Origin: Terriglobales bacterium
Lineage (GTDB): Bacteria > Acidobacteriota > Terriglobia > Terriglobales > Acidobacteriaceae
Length of the DNA: 64,000 nucleotides
Direction of reading: 5' to 3'
NCBI GenBank assembly: GCA_035651835.1
Contig: DASRFC010000065.1
Location: forward strand, 11,736-75,735
Both the position numbers and the translations under genes were made by a program. This document shows positions 36,260-44,890 of this stretch, in pieces (the first letter of the stretch is position 1; every line of letters starts with the position of its first letter). The notes under the pieces were generated by a model that was not told the origin of the DNA, ran no database searches, and was given only the letters and a program-made list of their open reading frames with translations.

Positions 36260-37599
36260 CCACAACTTTGTCTGATCGCGACTCACCGGGTACTCTCTAC
36301 AAAGGGGAACCGGTGAACGTCGAGCAAATCTATCGCGAGGAGTCGGGCAGGATTCTGGCTACGCTGATCCGGCTCCTCGGCAGCTTTGATCTGGCCGAGG
36401 AAGCGATGCAAGAAGCTTTTGCGACGGCTGTTGAGCGATGGCCCGCGCAGGGCCTTCCGGCAAATCCACGCGCATGGCTGGTTTCCACGGCACGCAATAA
36501 GGCGGTTGATTTGCTGCGGCGTCGCGCGCGTTTTGAAAATAAACGTGAAGAGTTGCAGAGACTCGACAGTTTGCGGGAGCAGCTCGTCGTCGAGTCTCAA
36601 ATCGCTCATTCGCAAGTTGGGGATTCGCAAGCTGCCGATTCGGATCAGGCAGAAGATTCTATGTTGAGCGACGACCGGTTGCGCTTGATCTTCACCTGCT
36701 GCCATCCGGCACTGAGTATCGAGGCCCAAGTCGCCCTTACTTTGCGTACGCTGTGCGGACTGACCACTGAAGAGATTGCCAAAGCATTTCTAGCGCCAGT
36801 ACCGACGATGGCACAACGTCTGGTACGCGCGAAGCAGAAGATACGCGACGCCAAGATTCCATACCGTATTCCGCCAAGAGAAGATTTACCCGAACGGCTT
36901 TCAGCGGTCATGCTTGTTGTGTATCTCGTCTTCAACGAAGGCTACAACGCAGCATCCGGCGATGTCTTGATTCGACGCGAACTCTGCGCAGAGGCGATCC
37001 GCCTAGGCCGGCTGATTTGCGAATTATTGCCCAAAGAATCTGAAGCTCAAGGCCTGCTCGCGCTGATGCTTCTCCACGATTCGCGTCGTGATGCCCGACT
37101 CGCAGCGAACGGAGAAGTTCTGCTACTTGAAGAGCAGGATCGGAGGAGTTGGAACCTGGAACAGATTGCTCAGGGAATCGCGCTGGTGGAATCTGCGTTA
37201 AGCAGCGCGCCAGTAGGTCCTTATTCTGTGCAGGCAGCGATCGCCGCCCTGCACGCGCAAGCCAGTAACGCCGAAGTGACAGACTGGACGCAGATTGCAA
37301 GGCTTTATGACGTATTGCTGCGATTGCAACCGTCCCCCGTGGTGGAACTTAATCGGGCGGTGGCTGTGGCAATGGACGAAGGCCCAGCGGAGGGTCTCCG
37401 CTTGCTTAGTGAACTTGAAGCGAGAGGGGAGCTTCGCGGCTATCACCTATTACCGGCGGCTCAAGGGGATTTATTGCGGCGACTCGAGCGATGGTCCGAG
37501 GCAGCCGACGCGTATCGGCGGGCTCTTTCGCTGGTCACAAACGAGGCGGAACGAAGGTTTCTCGCAAAGAGGCTCGCCGAAATCGGGTTGAAGGCGTAG
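36256..37599 (+). CDS. ECF-type sigma-70 family RNA polymerase sigma factor with long C-terminal helical extension (YciI-associated type)
   Basis: 447 aa with a GTG start. It has region 2 (AEEAMQEAFATAVERWP...NPRAWLVSTARNKAVDLLRR) and region 4 (LRTLCGLTTEEIAKAFLAPVPTMAQRLVRAKQKI). A ~200-aa TPR-like tail follows. The acidic linker contains a short tandem gattcgcaag repeat. Confidence 0.85.
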   Translation: MTTTLSDRDSPGTLYKGEPVNVEQIYREESGRILATLIRLLGSFDLAEEAMQEAFATAVERWPAQGLPANPRAWLVSTARNKAVDLLRRRARFENKREELQRLDSLREQLVVESQIAHSQVGDSQAADSDQAEDSMLSDDRLRLIFTCCHPALSIEAQVALTLRTLCGLTTEEIAKAFLAPVPTMAQRLVRAKQKIRDAKIPYRIPPREDLPERLSAVMLVVYLVFNEGYNAASGDVLIRRELCAEAIRLGRLICELLPKESEAQGLLALMLLHDSRRDARLAANGEVLLLEEQDRRSWNLEQIAQGIALVESALSSAPVGPYSVQAAIAALHAQASNAEVTDWTQIARLYDVLLRLQPSPVVELNRAVAVAMDEGPAEGLRLLSELEARGELRGYHLLPAAQGDLLRRLERWSEAADAYRRALSLVTNEAERRFLAKRLAEIGLKA

Positions 37600-37722
37600 T
37601 AATATTTCGAGGCCGACGATAAAGCGTGGATTCTGAACCTGACCTTGCAACGCTTAAGGCGCATCGACCGCTATAATCCAGTTTGGCTGAAAGCCAGGTG
37701 CTACTGCTGATAGCTTTTCCTC

Positions 37723-39096
37723 ATGCGCTTCGAACTTTTCATTGCTTCCCGTTATCTTCGCGCTAAACGCCGCCAGGCTTTTATTGGCGTCATCACCGGT
37801 ATCTCTATCGCAGGAGTCGCGGCTGGGGTTGCGGCCCTAGTCGTCGCGCTTGCCATCAACAATGGATTTCGCCAGGACTTGCAGGATCGATTACTCGGGT
37901 CTTCTTCTCACATCAACTTGCTGCGAGTGGAAGATGACGGAATAAAAAATTGGCGTCCTCTTATGGATCGCCTCGCGAAAGAGCCTCACGTCGTTGCCGC
38001 TGCGCCAACAATTTACGAACAAGTGCTTATCTCCCAGGGCCCTCGCGCACGAGGCGCAGTGTTGAAAGGAATGATCCCTGCTTATGAGCGCCAAGTCAGC
38101 GACCTATTGAATAGCGTGAAGGTAGGATCGGCTGAAGCTTTGGAAGACAACTCTGCAGCAGAATCTAATCGTACCGGCTCAACTCAAACCGATCAAGGAG
38201 AGGCAGAATCGCATCGCAATCAGAAACAAGCGGACGAGGGTGCCCGCTCTACACAGATCGAATCACCAAGTTCTCTCCAGGGAGTTGAAGACCGGGTTGC
38301 GGCGATGCCCCCTATCATCATTGGTAAAGACATGGCCGACTCACTTGGCGCAACAGTGGGGTCGGTCGTTCTGGTAACCAGCCCGCAGGGCGAACTCACT
38401 CCTTTTGGATTAGTTCCAAAGTACGTTCGTTTTCGTGTAGCCGGGGTTTTCAATTCTGGATTTTATGATTACGACAGCTCCTGGGCCTTCACTCGGCTCT
38501 GGGATACACAACGATTATTCGGATTGGGAGATCAAATCGCCGCAATTCAGTTCAAGATCGATGACATCTACAAAGCCCAGCAAGTAGGCCAAGAGCTTGA
38601 GAAAGCTGCTGGCAAAGGATTTATGACCAGCAACTGGATGGAACAGAACAAAGCACTCTTCCGCGCATTACGCTTAGAGCGTTTGGTAACGTTCATTACC
38701 ATCGGCCTGATCGTTTTTGTGGCAGCCCTCAACATTTTGATTTCGCTGACCATGATGGTGATGGAGAAAACTCGCGATATCGCAGTGCTTATGTCTATGG
38801 GTACAAAGAAGTCACAGGTTCGACGGGTATTTATTTCGCAAGGATTGTTGATCGGCGTGATCGGTACCGCCATCGGACTAGTTCTTGGGTATTCATTTTC
38901 CTGGGTGGGTGGCCATTACCATTTGCTATCGCTGGCCCCCGAAGTTTATTCAATCGATTATGTTCCTTTCGCGCCACGAATTATCGATGGCCTATGGATC
39001 GCACTCATTGCGGTGGGCATTTCTTTAATCGCCACCATTTATCCTTCGTGGTCAGCGGCACGAATTTTGCCTGCGGAAGCACTCCGCTATGAATAA
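37723..39096 (+). CDS. lolE: lipoprotein-releasing system permease (LolC/LolE family, FtsX-type)
   Basis: 457 aa. The N-terminal MRFELFIASRYLRAKRRQAFI is followed by a MacB-like periplasmic domain and the C-terminal FtsX helices with MEKTRDIAVLMSMGT. A ~57-aa polar insert lies at aa 139-195. Confidence 0.85.
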   Translation: MRFELFIASRYLRAKRRQAFIGVITGISIAGVAAGVAALVVALAINNGFRQDLQDRLLGSSSHINLLRVEDDGIKNWRPLMDRLAKEPHVVAAAPTIYEQVLISQGPRARGAVLKGMIPAYERQVSDLLNSVKVGSAEALEDNSAAESNRTGSTQTDQGEAESHRNQKQADEGARSTQIESPSSLQGVEDRVAAMPPIIIGKDMADSLGATVGSVVLVTSPQGELTPFGLVPKYVRFRVAGVFNSGFYDYDSSWAFTRLWDTQRLFGLGDQIAAIQFKIDDIYKAQQVGQELEKAAGKGFMTSNWMEQNKALFRALRLERLVTFITIGLIVFVAALNILISLTMMVMEKTRDIAVLMSMGTKKSQVRRVFISQGLLIGVIGTAIGLVLGYSFSWVGGHYHLLSLAPEVYSIDYVPFAPRIIDGLWIALIAVGISLIATIYPSWSAARILPAEALRYE

Positions 39097-39133
39097 TGGG
39101 ATGATGACACCAATTTCAGGTTTTTACCCTTTT

Positions 39134-39161
39134 TTGACAACCGTGTGACCTTTACTGTCAA
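39134..39161. promoter_or_regulatory. inverted repeat TTGACA-N16-TGTCAA in the lolE-lolD spacer
   Basis: Read directly. The left arm is a perfect -35 hexamer, but the best -10 at 17-nt spacing (gtcaat) is weak. Confidence 0.3.
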
Positions 39162-39249
39162 TTGTGGGTCTATTCCTAAAAGACACGCTAAACCGTTCGA
39201 AACCTTATCAATGCAACGGAATCACAAATAAGTGGCAAAACTATGGTTT

Positions 39250-39273
39250 GGAAAACTTCCTCGAAGGTTTTCC
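39250..39273. other. strong hairpin ggaaaacttc-ctc-gaaggttttcc (one bulged G)
   Basis: Read directly in the AT-rich lolE-lolD spacer. No U-tract follows on either strand. Confidence 0.45.
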
Positions 39274-39446
39274 CGATTTAGGTGCGCCTTACGTCACTGA
39301 TGCACGGTCAAGGTCAGAACTCTTTGCCTTACTTCGTGTTTTAATGAACCAGGCGAGATGCAAATATTTTTCTAAAATGGTATGCCAAAGCCGCCTGTGA
39401 GTTCTTGTGACGAGGAGCACTGCTTTTGCATCTAATTAAACAGGTC

Positions 39447-40136
39447 ATGCTGAAGACCGAGGGTCTTAGAAAGACTTTCCGGTCCGGCGGGTCGGACCTG
39501 GTGCTCTTTGAAAATCTGTCGTTCCAAGTGGCAGAAGGAGAAATGCTCGCGATTGTAGGTGAATCGGGAGCCGGAAAGAGTACCTTACTGCACATCCTTG
39601 GAGCTCTTGATCGGGCCTCCGCAGGTGACGTATACTGCGCCCACTTACGGTTGAGTTCGCTCTCAGAAGTCGATGCAGCCGAGTTTCGCAACCGCGAAAT
39701 CGGCTTCGTTTGGCAATTTCATTACTTGCTGCCAGAGTTCACCGCGCTTGAAAATGTGGCTATGCCGCTTCTGTTGCGGGGCAACTCGTGGCAGGAGGTA
39801 CAAGGAGAAGCTTCGCGATGGTTACGCGAGGTAGGATTGGAACAGCGTTCACATCATCGATCTGGAGAGCTGTCCGGGGGTGAGCAGCAGCGCGTGGCCT
39901 TGGCCCGGGCGCTTATCACAAAACCCAGGATTCTGCTTGCAGATGAGCCCACCGGAGATCTCGACGGACGCACCGCTGACACGGTTTTCGAGTTGATATC
40001 ACGGTTACATCGTGATCATCAATTAACCTCTCTAATAGCCACCCACAATTATAGTTTTGCGCGTCGCTGCCATCGGGTTATGCGATTAGAGCAAGGCAAA
40101 ATTGAGGAAGTTGCGCCGGAGACGCTGATTGGATGA
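39447..40136 (+). CDS. lolD: lipoprotein-releasing system ATP-binding protein
   Basis: Track ORF 39426..40136 (TTG), with the ATG at 39447. The motifs are [15 protein letters not shown] (Walker A), [15 protein letters not shown] (signature) and [12 protein letters not shown] (Walker B). Confidence 0.88.
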   Translation: MLKTEGLRKTFRSGGSDLVLFENLSFQVAEGEMLAIVGESGAGKSTLLHILGALDRASAGDVYCAHLRLSSLSEVDAAEFRNREIGFVWQFHYLLPEFTALENVAMPLLLRGNSWQEVQGEASRWLREVGLEQRSHHRSGELSGGEQQRVALARALITKPRILLADEPTGDLDGRTADTVFELISRLHRDHQLTSLIATHNYSFARRCHRVMRLEQGKIEEVAPETLIG

Positions 40137-40274
40137 AGAAGAGCTGCTGAAGAGAATCGAGGAGCTAACGGAAATAGCACATAGTGGCAATTGACATTCC
40201 TGTTACAAGGACGAAAGATGAAGTAGGGCGTTGTCGTAGAAGAGTGCATGCAAGAGGTTGGAACGTAATGAAAT

Positions 40275-40321
40275 TTAGGTGTCTTTAGTAACAAAGCGCT
40301 GAATGATTTTCGGACACCTAA
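40275..40321. promoter_or_regulatory. inverted repeat TTAGGTGTC-N29-GACACCTAA upstream of clpC (candidate activator/repressor site)
   Basis: The 9-bp arms are perfect. The centre lies about 85 nt upstream of the transcription start predicted from the -24/-12 element at 40357-40372. Confidence 0.5.
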
Positions 40322-40356
40322 CCCACGATATGCTAGATATAGATTTGAGTGGGCCG

Positions 40357-40372
40357 TGGCAGTCTGATTGCT
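40357..40372 (+). promoter_or_regulatory. candidate sigma-54 promoter (-24 TGGCAG / -12 TTGCT)
   Basis: tGGcagtctgattGCt has GG and GC separated by exactly 10 nt. It matches 10 of 12 specified positions of TGGCACG-N4-TTGCW and lies 89 nt upstream of the clpC ATG. Confidence 0.5.
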
Positions 40373-40460
40373 TAATGTAGTTTGGGCCAATGAGTTTCAA
40401 GAGGCAGGGCCGCACGCCAGACCCGGAAGTCTCTGGGAGCTTTCAGGGAGAAGGGTTTAT

Positions 40461-42908
40461 ATGTTTGAACGTTATACCGAGAAGGCACGACGCGTCATCT
40501 TTTTCGCGCGCTACGAAGCCAGCCAGTTCGGGTCTCCTTATATTGAGACAGAGCACTTATTATTAGGTTTGCTGCGGGAAGATAAAGCTTTAACTAATCG
40601 TTTTTTGCGTTCTCACGCTTCGGTGGAATCGATTCGCAAGCAGATCGAAGGGCACACCACCATTCGCGAAAAGGTATCGACTTCGGTAGATCTTCCGCTA
40701 AGCAACGAATGCAAACGAGTTTTGGCCTACGCCGCAGAAGAAGCGGAACGCCTGTCGCACAAGCACATTGGAACCGAACACCTCTTATTAGGTCTGCTGC
40801 GAGAAGAAAAGTGCTTTGCCGCCGAGATTTTGCATGAGCGTGGATTACGACTTTCGACCATTCGTGAAGAATTAGCACGCACCAGTCAGGAAAAGGCACA
40901 ACCGCAACGTCAGCGCGAGTCTTCCCTGTTAAGCGAGTTTTCACGCGATCTCACGCAGGCTGCAATGGATACGCAACTCGATCCGCTTGTTGGACGCGAC
41001 GGCGAACTCGAGCGGGTGATTCAGATCCTGTGCCGCCGTACTAAGAACAATCCGGTGCTGATCGGCGAGCCGGGTGTTGGCAAAACTGCGATCGTAGAAG
41101 GACTCGCGCAGCGGATCTCAGACGGCGAAGTTCCATCGTTCCTGGCCGATAAGCGGATTCTGGCTTTAGACCTTTCGTTGATCGTTGCAGGCACAAAATA
41201 TCGTGGACAATTTGAAGAGCGCTTAAAGACCATCATGAAGGAACTGATGGAGTCGCAAAATTCCATCATCTTCATCGACGAACTTCATACTCTGGTTGGT
41301 GCAGGATCGGCTGAAGGTTCACTGGATGCTGCAAATATTCTGAAGCCGGCATTATCTCGTGGCGAGATACAGTGCATCGGCGCGACGACTCCCGGTGAGT
41401 ATCGCAAATCGATCGAGAAGGATCGTTCGCTCGAGCGCCGCTTCCAGGCAGTGAAGGTACCACCGCCGGATGAAGCAAACGCTACCAAAATTCTGTTCGG
41501 GATTAAAGACCGGTACGAAAAGTTTCATGCAGTCACCTATACGGACGACTCCATCAACTTTGCGGTATCGCATTCGAACCGTTACATTCCCGACCGCTTC
41601 CTGCCCGATAAGGCGATTGATCTTATCGACGAAGCCGGTGCGCGCGTAAAGCTGCGCCAGACTTCGCTCCCCGAGGAAATCACCGAGGTGCAGAAGCGCA
41701 TTAAGTTCATCGTTCACCGCATGGAAAACGCCATTGCGAACCACGAGTTCGAGAAGGCGCGCTTCTATTCGGACGAGGAACGCAAGGAGCGCGAGAACCT
41801 GCGCGCTCTTCGCGAAAAATATCACTTGGATGAATCGGCTACCGGAGTAGTCGGACGCGAGGACATCGAAGACGTAGTCTCACGCTGGACCGGCGTTCCG
41901 GTGACTTCGATCAAAGAAGAAGAGTCGCAGAAACTCCTTCGTATCGAAGAAGAGCTGCACAAGCGGATCATCTCGCAGGACAAATCAATCATTGCCCTGG
42001 CTCGTGCGATCCGTCGTTCGCGTGCTGGGCTCAAGAGTCCGAACCGGCCGATCGGTTCGTTCTTGTTCCTGGGACCGACTGGCGTTGGTAAGACGGAAGT
42101 CGCGCGTACTCTTGCGCAGTTCATGTTCGGAAGCGAGAAGTCGCTGGTTCGCTTCGATATGTCGGAATTCATGGAGAAGCATTCGGTCTCGAAACTGATC
42201 GGTTCGCCTCCAGGATATGTAGGCTACGAAGAAGGCGGACAGTTAACTGAACGCGTAAAGCGCGCGCCGTATTCGGTCGTGCTGCTCGATGAAATCGAGA
42301 AGGCTCATCCTGACGTCTTCAACATCCTCTTGCAGGTATTTGAAGATGGACAGCTAACCGATGGCCTTGGCAATACGGTTGACTTCAAGAATACGATTCT
42401 CATCATGACCTCGAACATTGGGGCGCGTCACTTGCAGCGCCGCGAAGGTCTGGGCTTCCAGTCGAGCAAGGAAGACATGATCTCGGAAAAGATCGAGGAT
42501 TTGGTGAAGAACGAAGTCAAGCGGACGTTCAACCCCGAGTTTCTGAATCGCCTGGATGAAATTATCCTCTTCATGGCTCTGACTGAGCCGGATCTGATCC
42601 AGATTCTCGAACTCATGGTGAACCTGCTGAATCAGAACTTGGCGCAGAAGTCGATCACGGTAACGGTGACTGATGAAGCGAAGAAGTGGATACTTAATCA
42701 GACATCGGGCGATCGCAGCTACGGAGCACGTCCGCTGCGCCGCGCCTTGCAGAAGTACATTGAAGATCCATTGTCAGAGGCGCTGATTCAGGGAACGATC
42801 ACCACGCGTCCGGCATTCATCGAAGTCTTCCTCGATGATAACAAGCTGTTCTATCGTCCGGTTGATGCGGAGAAAACCGAGGGTGTGTTGTTGTACGAGA
42901 ATAGCTAG
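40461..42908 (+). CDS. clpC: ATP-dependent Clp protease ATP-binding subunit ClpC (class I Clp/Hsp100)
   Basis: Track ORF 40368..42908, trimmed to the ATG at 40461, which is preceded by AGGGAG. It has duplicated Clp_N repeats ([13 protein letters not shown] / [13 protein letters not shown]) and two AAA+ modules ([30 protein letters not shown]). A short UVR-like linker ([15 protein letters not shown]) replaces the long ClpB M-domain. Confidence 0.93.
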   Translation: MFERYTEKARRVIFFARYEASQFGSPYIETEHLLLGLLREDKALTNRFLRSHASVESIRKQIEGHTTIREKVSTSVDLPLSNECKRVLAYAAEEAERLSHKHIGTEHLLLGLLREEKCFAAEILHERGLRLSTIREELARTSQEKAQPQRQRESSLLSEFSRDLTQAAMDTQLDPLVGRDGELERVIQILCRRTKNNPVLIGEPGVGKTAIVEGLAQRISDGEVPSFLADKRILALDLSLIVAGTKYRGQFEERLKTIMKELMESQNSIIFIDELHTLVGAGSAEGSLDAANILKPALSRGEIQCIGATTPGEYRKSIEKDRSLERRFQAVKVPPPDEANATKILFGIKDRYEKFHAVTYTDDSINFAVSHSNRYIPDRFLPDKAIDLIDEAGARVKLRQTSLPEEITEVQKRIKFIVHRMENAIANHEFEKARFYSDEERKERENLRALREKYHLDESATGVVGREDIEDVVSRWTGVPVTSIKEEESQKLLRIEEELHKRIISQDKSIIALARAIRRSRAGLKSPNRPIGSFLFLGPTGVGKTEVARTLAQFMFGSEKSLVRFDMSEFMEKHSVSKLIGSPPGYVGYEEGGQLTERVKRAPYSVVLLDEIEKAHPDVFNILLQVFEDGQLTDGLGNTVDFKNTILIMTSNIGARHLQRREGLGFQSSKEDMISEKIEDLVKNEVKRTFNPEFLNRLDEIILFMALTEPDLIQILELMVNLLNQNLAQKSITVTVTDEAKKWILNQTSGDRSYGARPLRRALQKYIEDPLSEALIQGTITTRPAFIEVFLDDNKLFYRPVDAEKTEGVLLYENS

Positions 42909-42946
42909 CTTAGCTCTTCGCTTCTAGCTATCAGCTTCTAGCTTTC

Positions 42947-42980
42947 AGCCGTCAGCGCAAGCTGGCGGCTTTTTGTTTGT
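42947..42980 (+). terminator. intrinsic terminator of clpC
   Basis: agccgtcagc-gcaa-gctggcggct forms a 10-bp stem with one G-U pair and a GNRA-type loop. It is followed by tttttgtttgt and lies 39 nt after the stop. Confidence 0.7.
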
Positions 42981-42999
42981 CCGGCAAAAATCACGTAGC

Positions 43000-43018
43000 G
43001 ACAGCCGCCTCGGCTGTC
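43000..43018. repeat. REP-like hairpin gacagccg-cct-cggctgtc
   Basis: Second copy of the element at 35134-35155. It lies between the clpC terminator and vapC. Confidence 0.7.
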
Positions 43019-43160
43019 CGCCATGCTGCTATCCGGAGAATGCAAAATTCTCGGGGCGTGTCGCGCCTGCTTGCCGATTTTTTGGCCCAGACTGCCGCCG
43101 CGTAGAGCAGACGCTCAATGAACAACTGCCAAGATTAAAATAATACTGCAATGCAACTGA

Positions 43161-43559
43161 TCAATGTCGTGCCCAGTCTTCAATCCCCCGCTCTCCCAAA
43201 CACCGATCATGCGTTATCAACATTGCCTCTGCCGCTAGCGCTTGTGACGCAATCATCATATCCATATTGCCCATTGGCGTTCCGTCTTTTTCCAGCGCTG
43301 CGCGAACAGCGGCGTAGTGTTTGGCGGCTTCGGAATCCCATGGCAGGGTTTCAACTCTGATCAAAAACTCTTCCACCGCGACTTTCAATTTCCCGGCGTC
43401 GGGTCTTTTCGCGACTCCGAATCTCAATTCAGCTTCGGTCACTGAGGAAATCCCTACTTCAGTCATGGGGACTTTGAGCAGGCGCTCGCGCACGCGAGGG
43501 AAATTGCCTTTAATGACGTAGCTGGCCATGCTGGTATCCAGTAAATAGCGGACAGGCAC
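43161..43559 (-). CDS. vapC: type II toxin VapC (PIN-domain ribonuclease)
   Basis: 132 aa with a GTG start. VRYLLDTSMASYVIKG carries the first acidic PIN residue. ISSVTEAELRFGV, GNMDMMIASQALAAEAMLITHD and a C-terminal IEDW follow. Confidence 0.88.
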   Translation of the reverse strand: MPVRYLLDTSMASYVIKGNFPRVRERLLKVPMTEVGISSVTEAELRFGVAKRPDAGKLKVAVEEFLIRVETLPWDSEAAKHYAAVRAALEKDGTPMGNMDMMIASQALAAEAMLITHDRCLGERGIEDWARH

Positions 43560-43756
43560 TAGAACAGCTCACGTTTTTGTGGCGGCAAGTCTTCGCGGTC
43601 AGCCATAAAGTCTTTGGGAACGTGAATGGTTTGCATAAATTCAAAAAAATCGGCCCAAGATTCTGGCCTACGCGATAAAATAACGTCGCCTGTCGCCGGG
43701 TCGCGACGAACGTAAACTTCAGAACCCTCGAAGCGGAACTCGACGGGCAGATACCC
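43559..43756 (-). pseudogene. vapB: vapB antitoxin remnant (AbrB/SpoVT type) lacking N-terminus and start codon
   Basis: My own translation of the frame ending at the TAG that overlaps the vapC GTG by 1 nt reads GYLPVEFRFEGSEVYVRRDPATGDVILSRRPESWADFFEFMQTIHVPKDFMADREDLPPQKRELF. An in-frame TAG lies directly upstream at 43757-43759. There is no ATG/GTG/TTG before the Met at residue 41 of this 65-residue frame. The cupin ATG on the other strand is only 30 nt away. Confidence 0.55.
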
Positions 43757-43788
43757 CTAATCGCCAAAATCCCCTTCGAGGTCCGCTT

Positions 43789-44151
43789 ATGCCCGACAAA
43801 GTCAACATTGCTGAGAAATTTGCCCAAATCACCGAATACTGGAAGCCCTACGTCGGTGCAGAACTCAACGGTCAGCTGGTGAAGTTCGACAAGCTGAAGG
43901 GCGAGTTTGTTTTTCATCATCACGACAACGAAGACGAGATGTTTCTGGTTGTGAAGGGCCGCTTCCGCATGGAGTTCCGCGAACGACATGTATGGTTGGA
44001 AGAAGGCGAGTTCATTGTTGTGCCGCGTAGAGTTGAACATCGCCCGGTAGCTGATGAAGAAGCATGGATTTTACTTTTCGAGCCGGCTTCCACACTGAAT
44101 ACTGGAAATATAGTCAACGAGCGAACCTTACATGAACTGGAGCGCCTTTAG
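43789..44151 (+). CDS. cupin-domain protein
   Basis: 120 aa. The two-motif cupin pattern reads GEFVFHHHDNEDEMFLVVKG ... GEFIVVPRRVEHRP. Confidence 0.8.
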   Translation: MPDKVNIAEKFAQITEYWKPYVGAELNGQLVKFDKLKGEFVFHHHDNEDEMFLVVKGRFRMEFRERHVWLEEGEFIVVPRRVEHRPVADEEAWILLFEPASTLNTGNIVNERTLHELERL

Positions 44152-44248
44152 AAAAAATCCTAGATCTATCGGGACACAGTCAAAACTATGGTGGGATTAG
44201 TCTAGTCTTGATGGGTCTGTTAATCCGTCCAATTAGAGATTTGGCGTT

Positions 44249-44743
44249 CTACGCGCCAACCGCCATGCCTAGCTTTCCGCGCATCTCCCGCGCCAGATCG
44301 CAAGCGTTCCGTAGCTTTGCTTCCGCCTTTTCTGGTAAATCCGCAACTTGCAGTGCCATCTCGCACGAAAGCAGTAGCGCCGTGATAGTCCCTTTCAACT
44401 CATTTCCTAATGCCTGCTCGGCACCTTGCCTGGCCATGAGAGCTTCTTTTTTTCTGCGGTGCAGCGCCGCGCGTAATTCGCGCACAATGCGTTCAATGCC
44501 GCTGATGGCAAAGTTGACGTAGACCGGAATCGCCATATCCATGTGTTGCAACACGATTTCGCTTTCGTCGGGCTCGGCTTCCATAAGGTATTGATCGACG
44601 ATGACAGCCGAATATTCTGCGGCACGGAGTTGGGCCGCAGCTTCTCTCAGAGTTGCCGCTACATTGACGGTCTCAGTCGTGGCTTCGCTGAGCGCGCGAG
44701 CGCATTCTTGCGATTTTGTGGAAGGGGTGATCAGCAGAATCAT
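44249..44743 (-). CDS. degenerate receiver-like domain fused to a His-less DHp-like helical domain
   Basis: 164 aa. ILLITPS replaces the acidic DD pocket, and VIVD50 retains an Asp at the acceptor position. The C-terminal ALGNELKGTITALLLSCEMAL mimics an H-box (HELRTPLT-type) with Asn in place of His. GGAG lies 8 nt before the ATG. Confidence 0.55.
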   Translation of the reverse strand: MILLITPSTKSQECARALSEATTETVNVAATLREAAAQLRAAEYSAVIVDQYLMEAEPDESEIVLQHMDMAIPVYVNFAISGIERIVRELRAALHRRKKEALMARQGAEQALGNELKGTITALLLSCEMALQVADLPEKAEAKLRNACDLAREMRGKLGMAVGA

Positions 44744-44890
44744 GCATCACTCCACTGCACGCCATGCACCACACCGGCTGTGATTGAAAATGCGGCAGTT
44801 ACGCGATTACGCCTCGACATTCGATTTCATCGCGGGAAGCTATTCCCGTCTCAGCTTCTTGCCTAACCAACTTCGTTTCCAATTACTTCT

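Noticed and set aside
39164-39400. 78-aa GTG-initiated ORF in the lolE-lolD spacer
   Set aside because: It has no ribosome-binding site, no motif and an AT-rich, atypical composition. It cannot be supported as coding, so the region is reported as unexplained spacer.
40275-40321. The clpC upstream palindrome as a CIRCE (HrcA) operator
   Set aside because: CIRCE is TTAGCACTC-N9-GAGTGCTAA. Here the arms match only 6 of 9 positions and the spacer is 29 nt, so it is not CIRCE. It is kept as an unassigned inverted repeat.
43510-44040. 176-aa minus-strand ORF spanning the vapB region and the cupin gene
   Set aside because: It is antisense to the well-supported cupin gene over most of its length and out of frame with the recognisable VapB sequence. 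It is a composite artefact frame.
44757-44771. TGGTGC-atggc-GTGC (minus strand) with correct 10-nt spacing upstream of the receiver-like gene
   Set aside because: The -12 GC is only 13 nt from the ATG, so the predicted start would fall downstream of the GGAG ribosome-binding site. Both half-sites are also weak.
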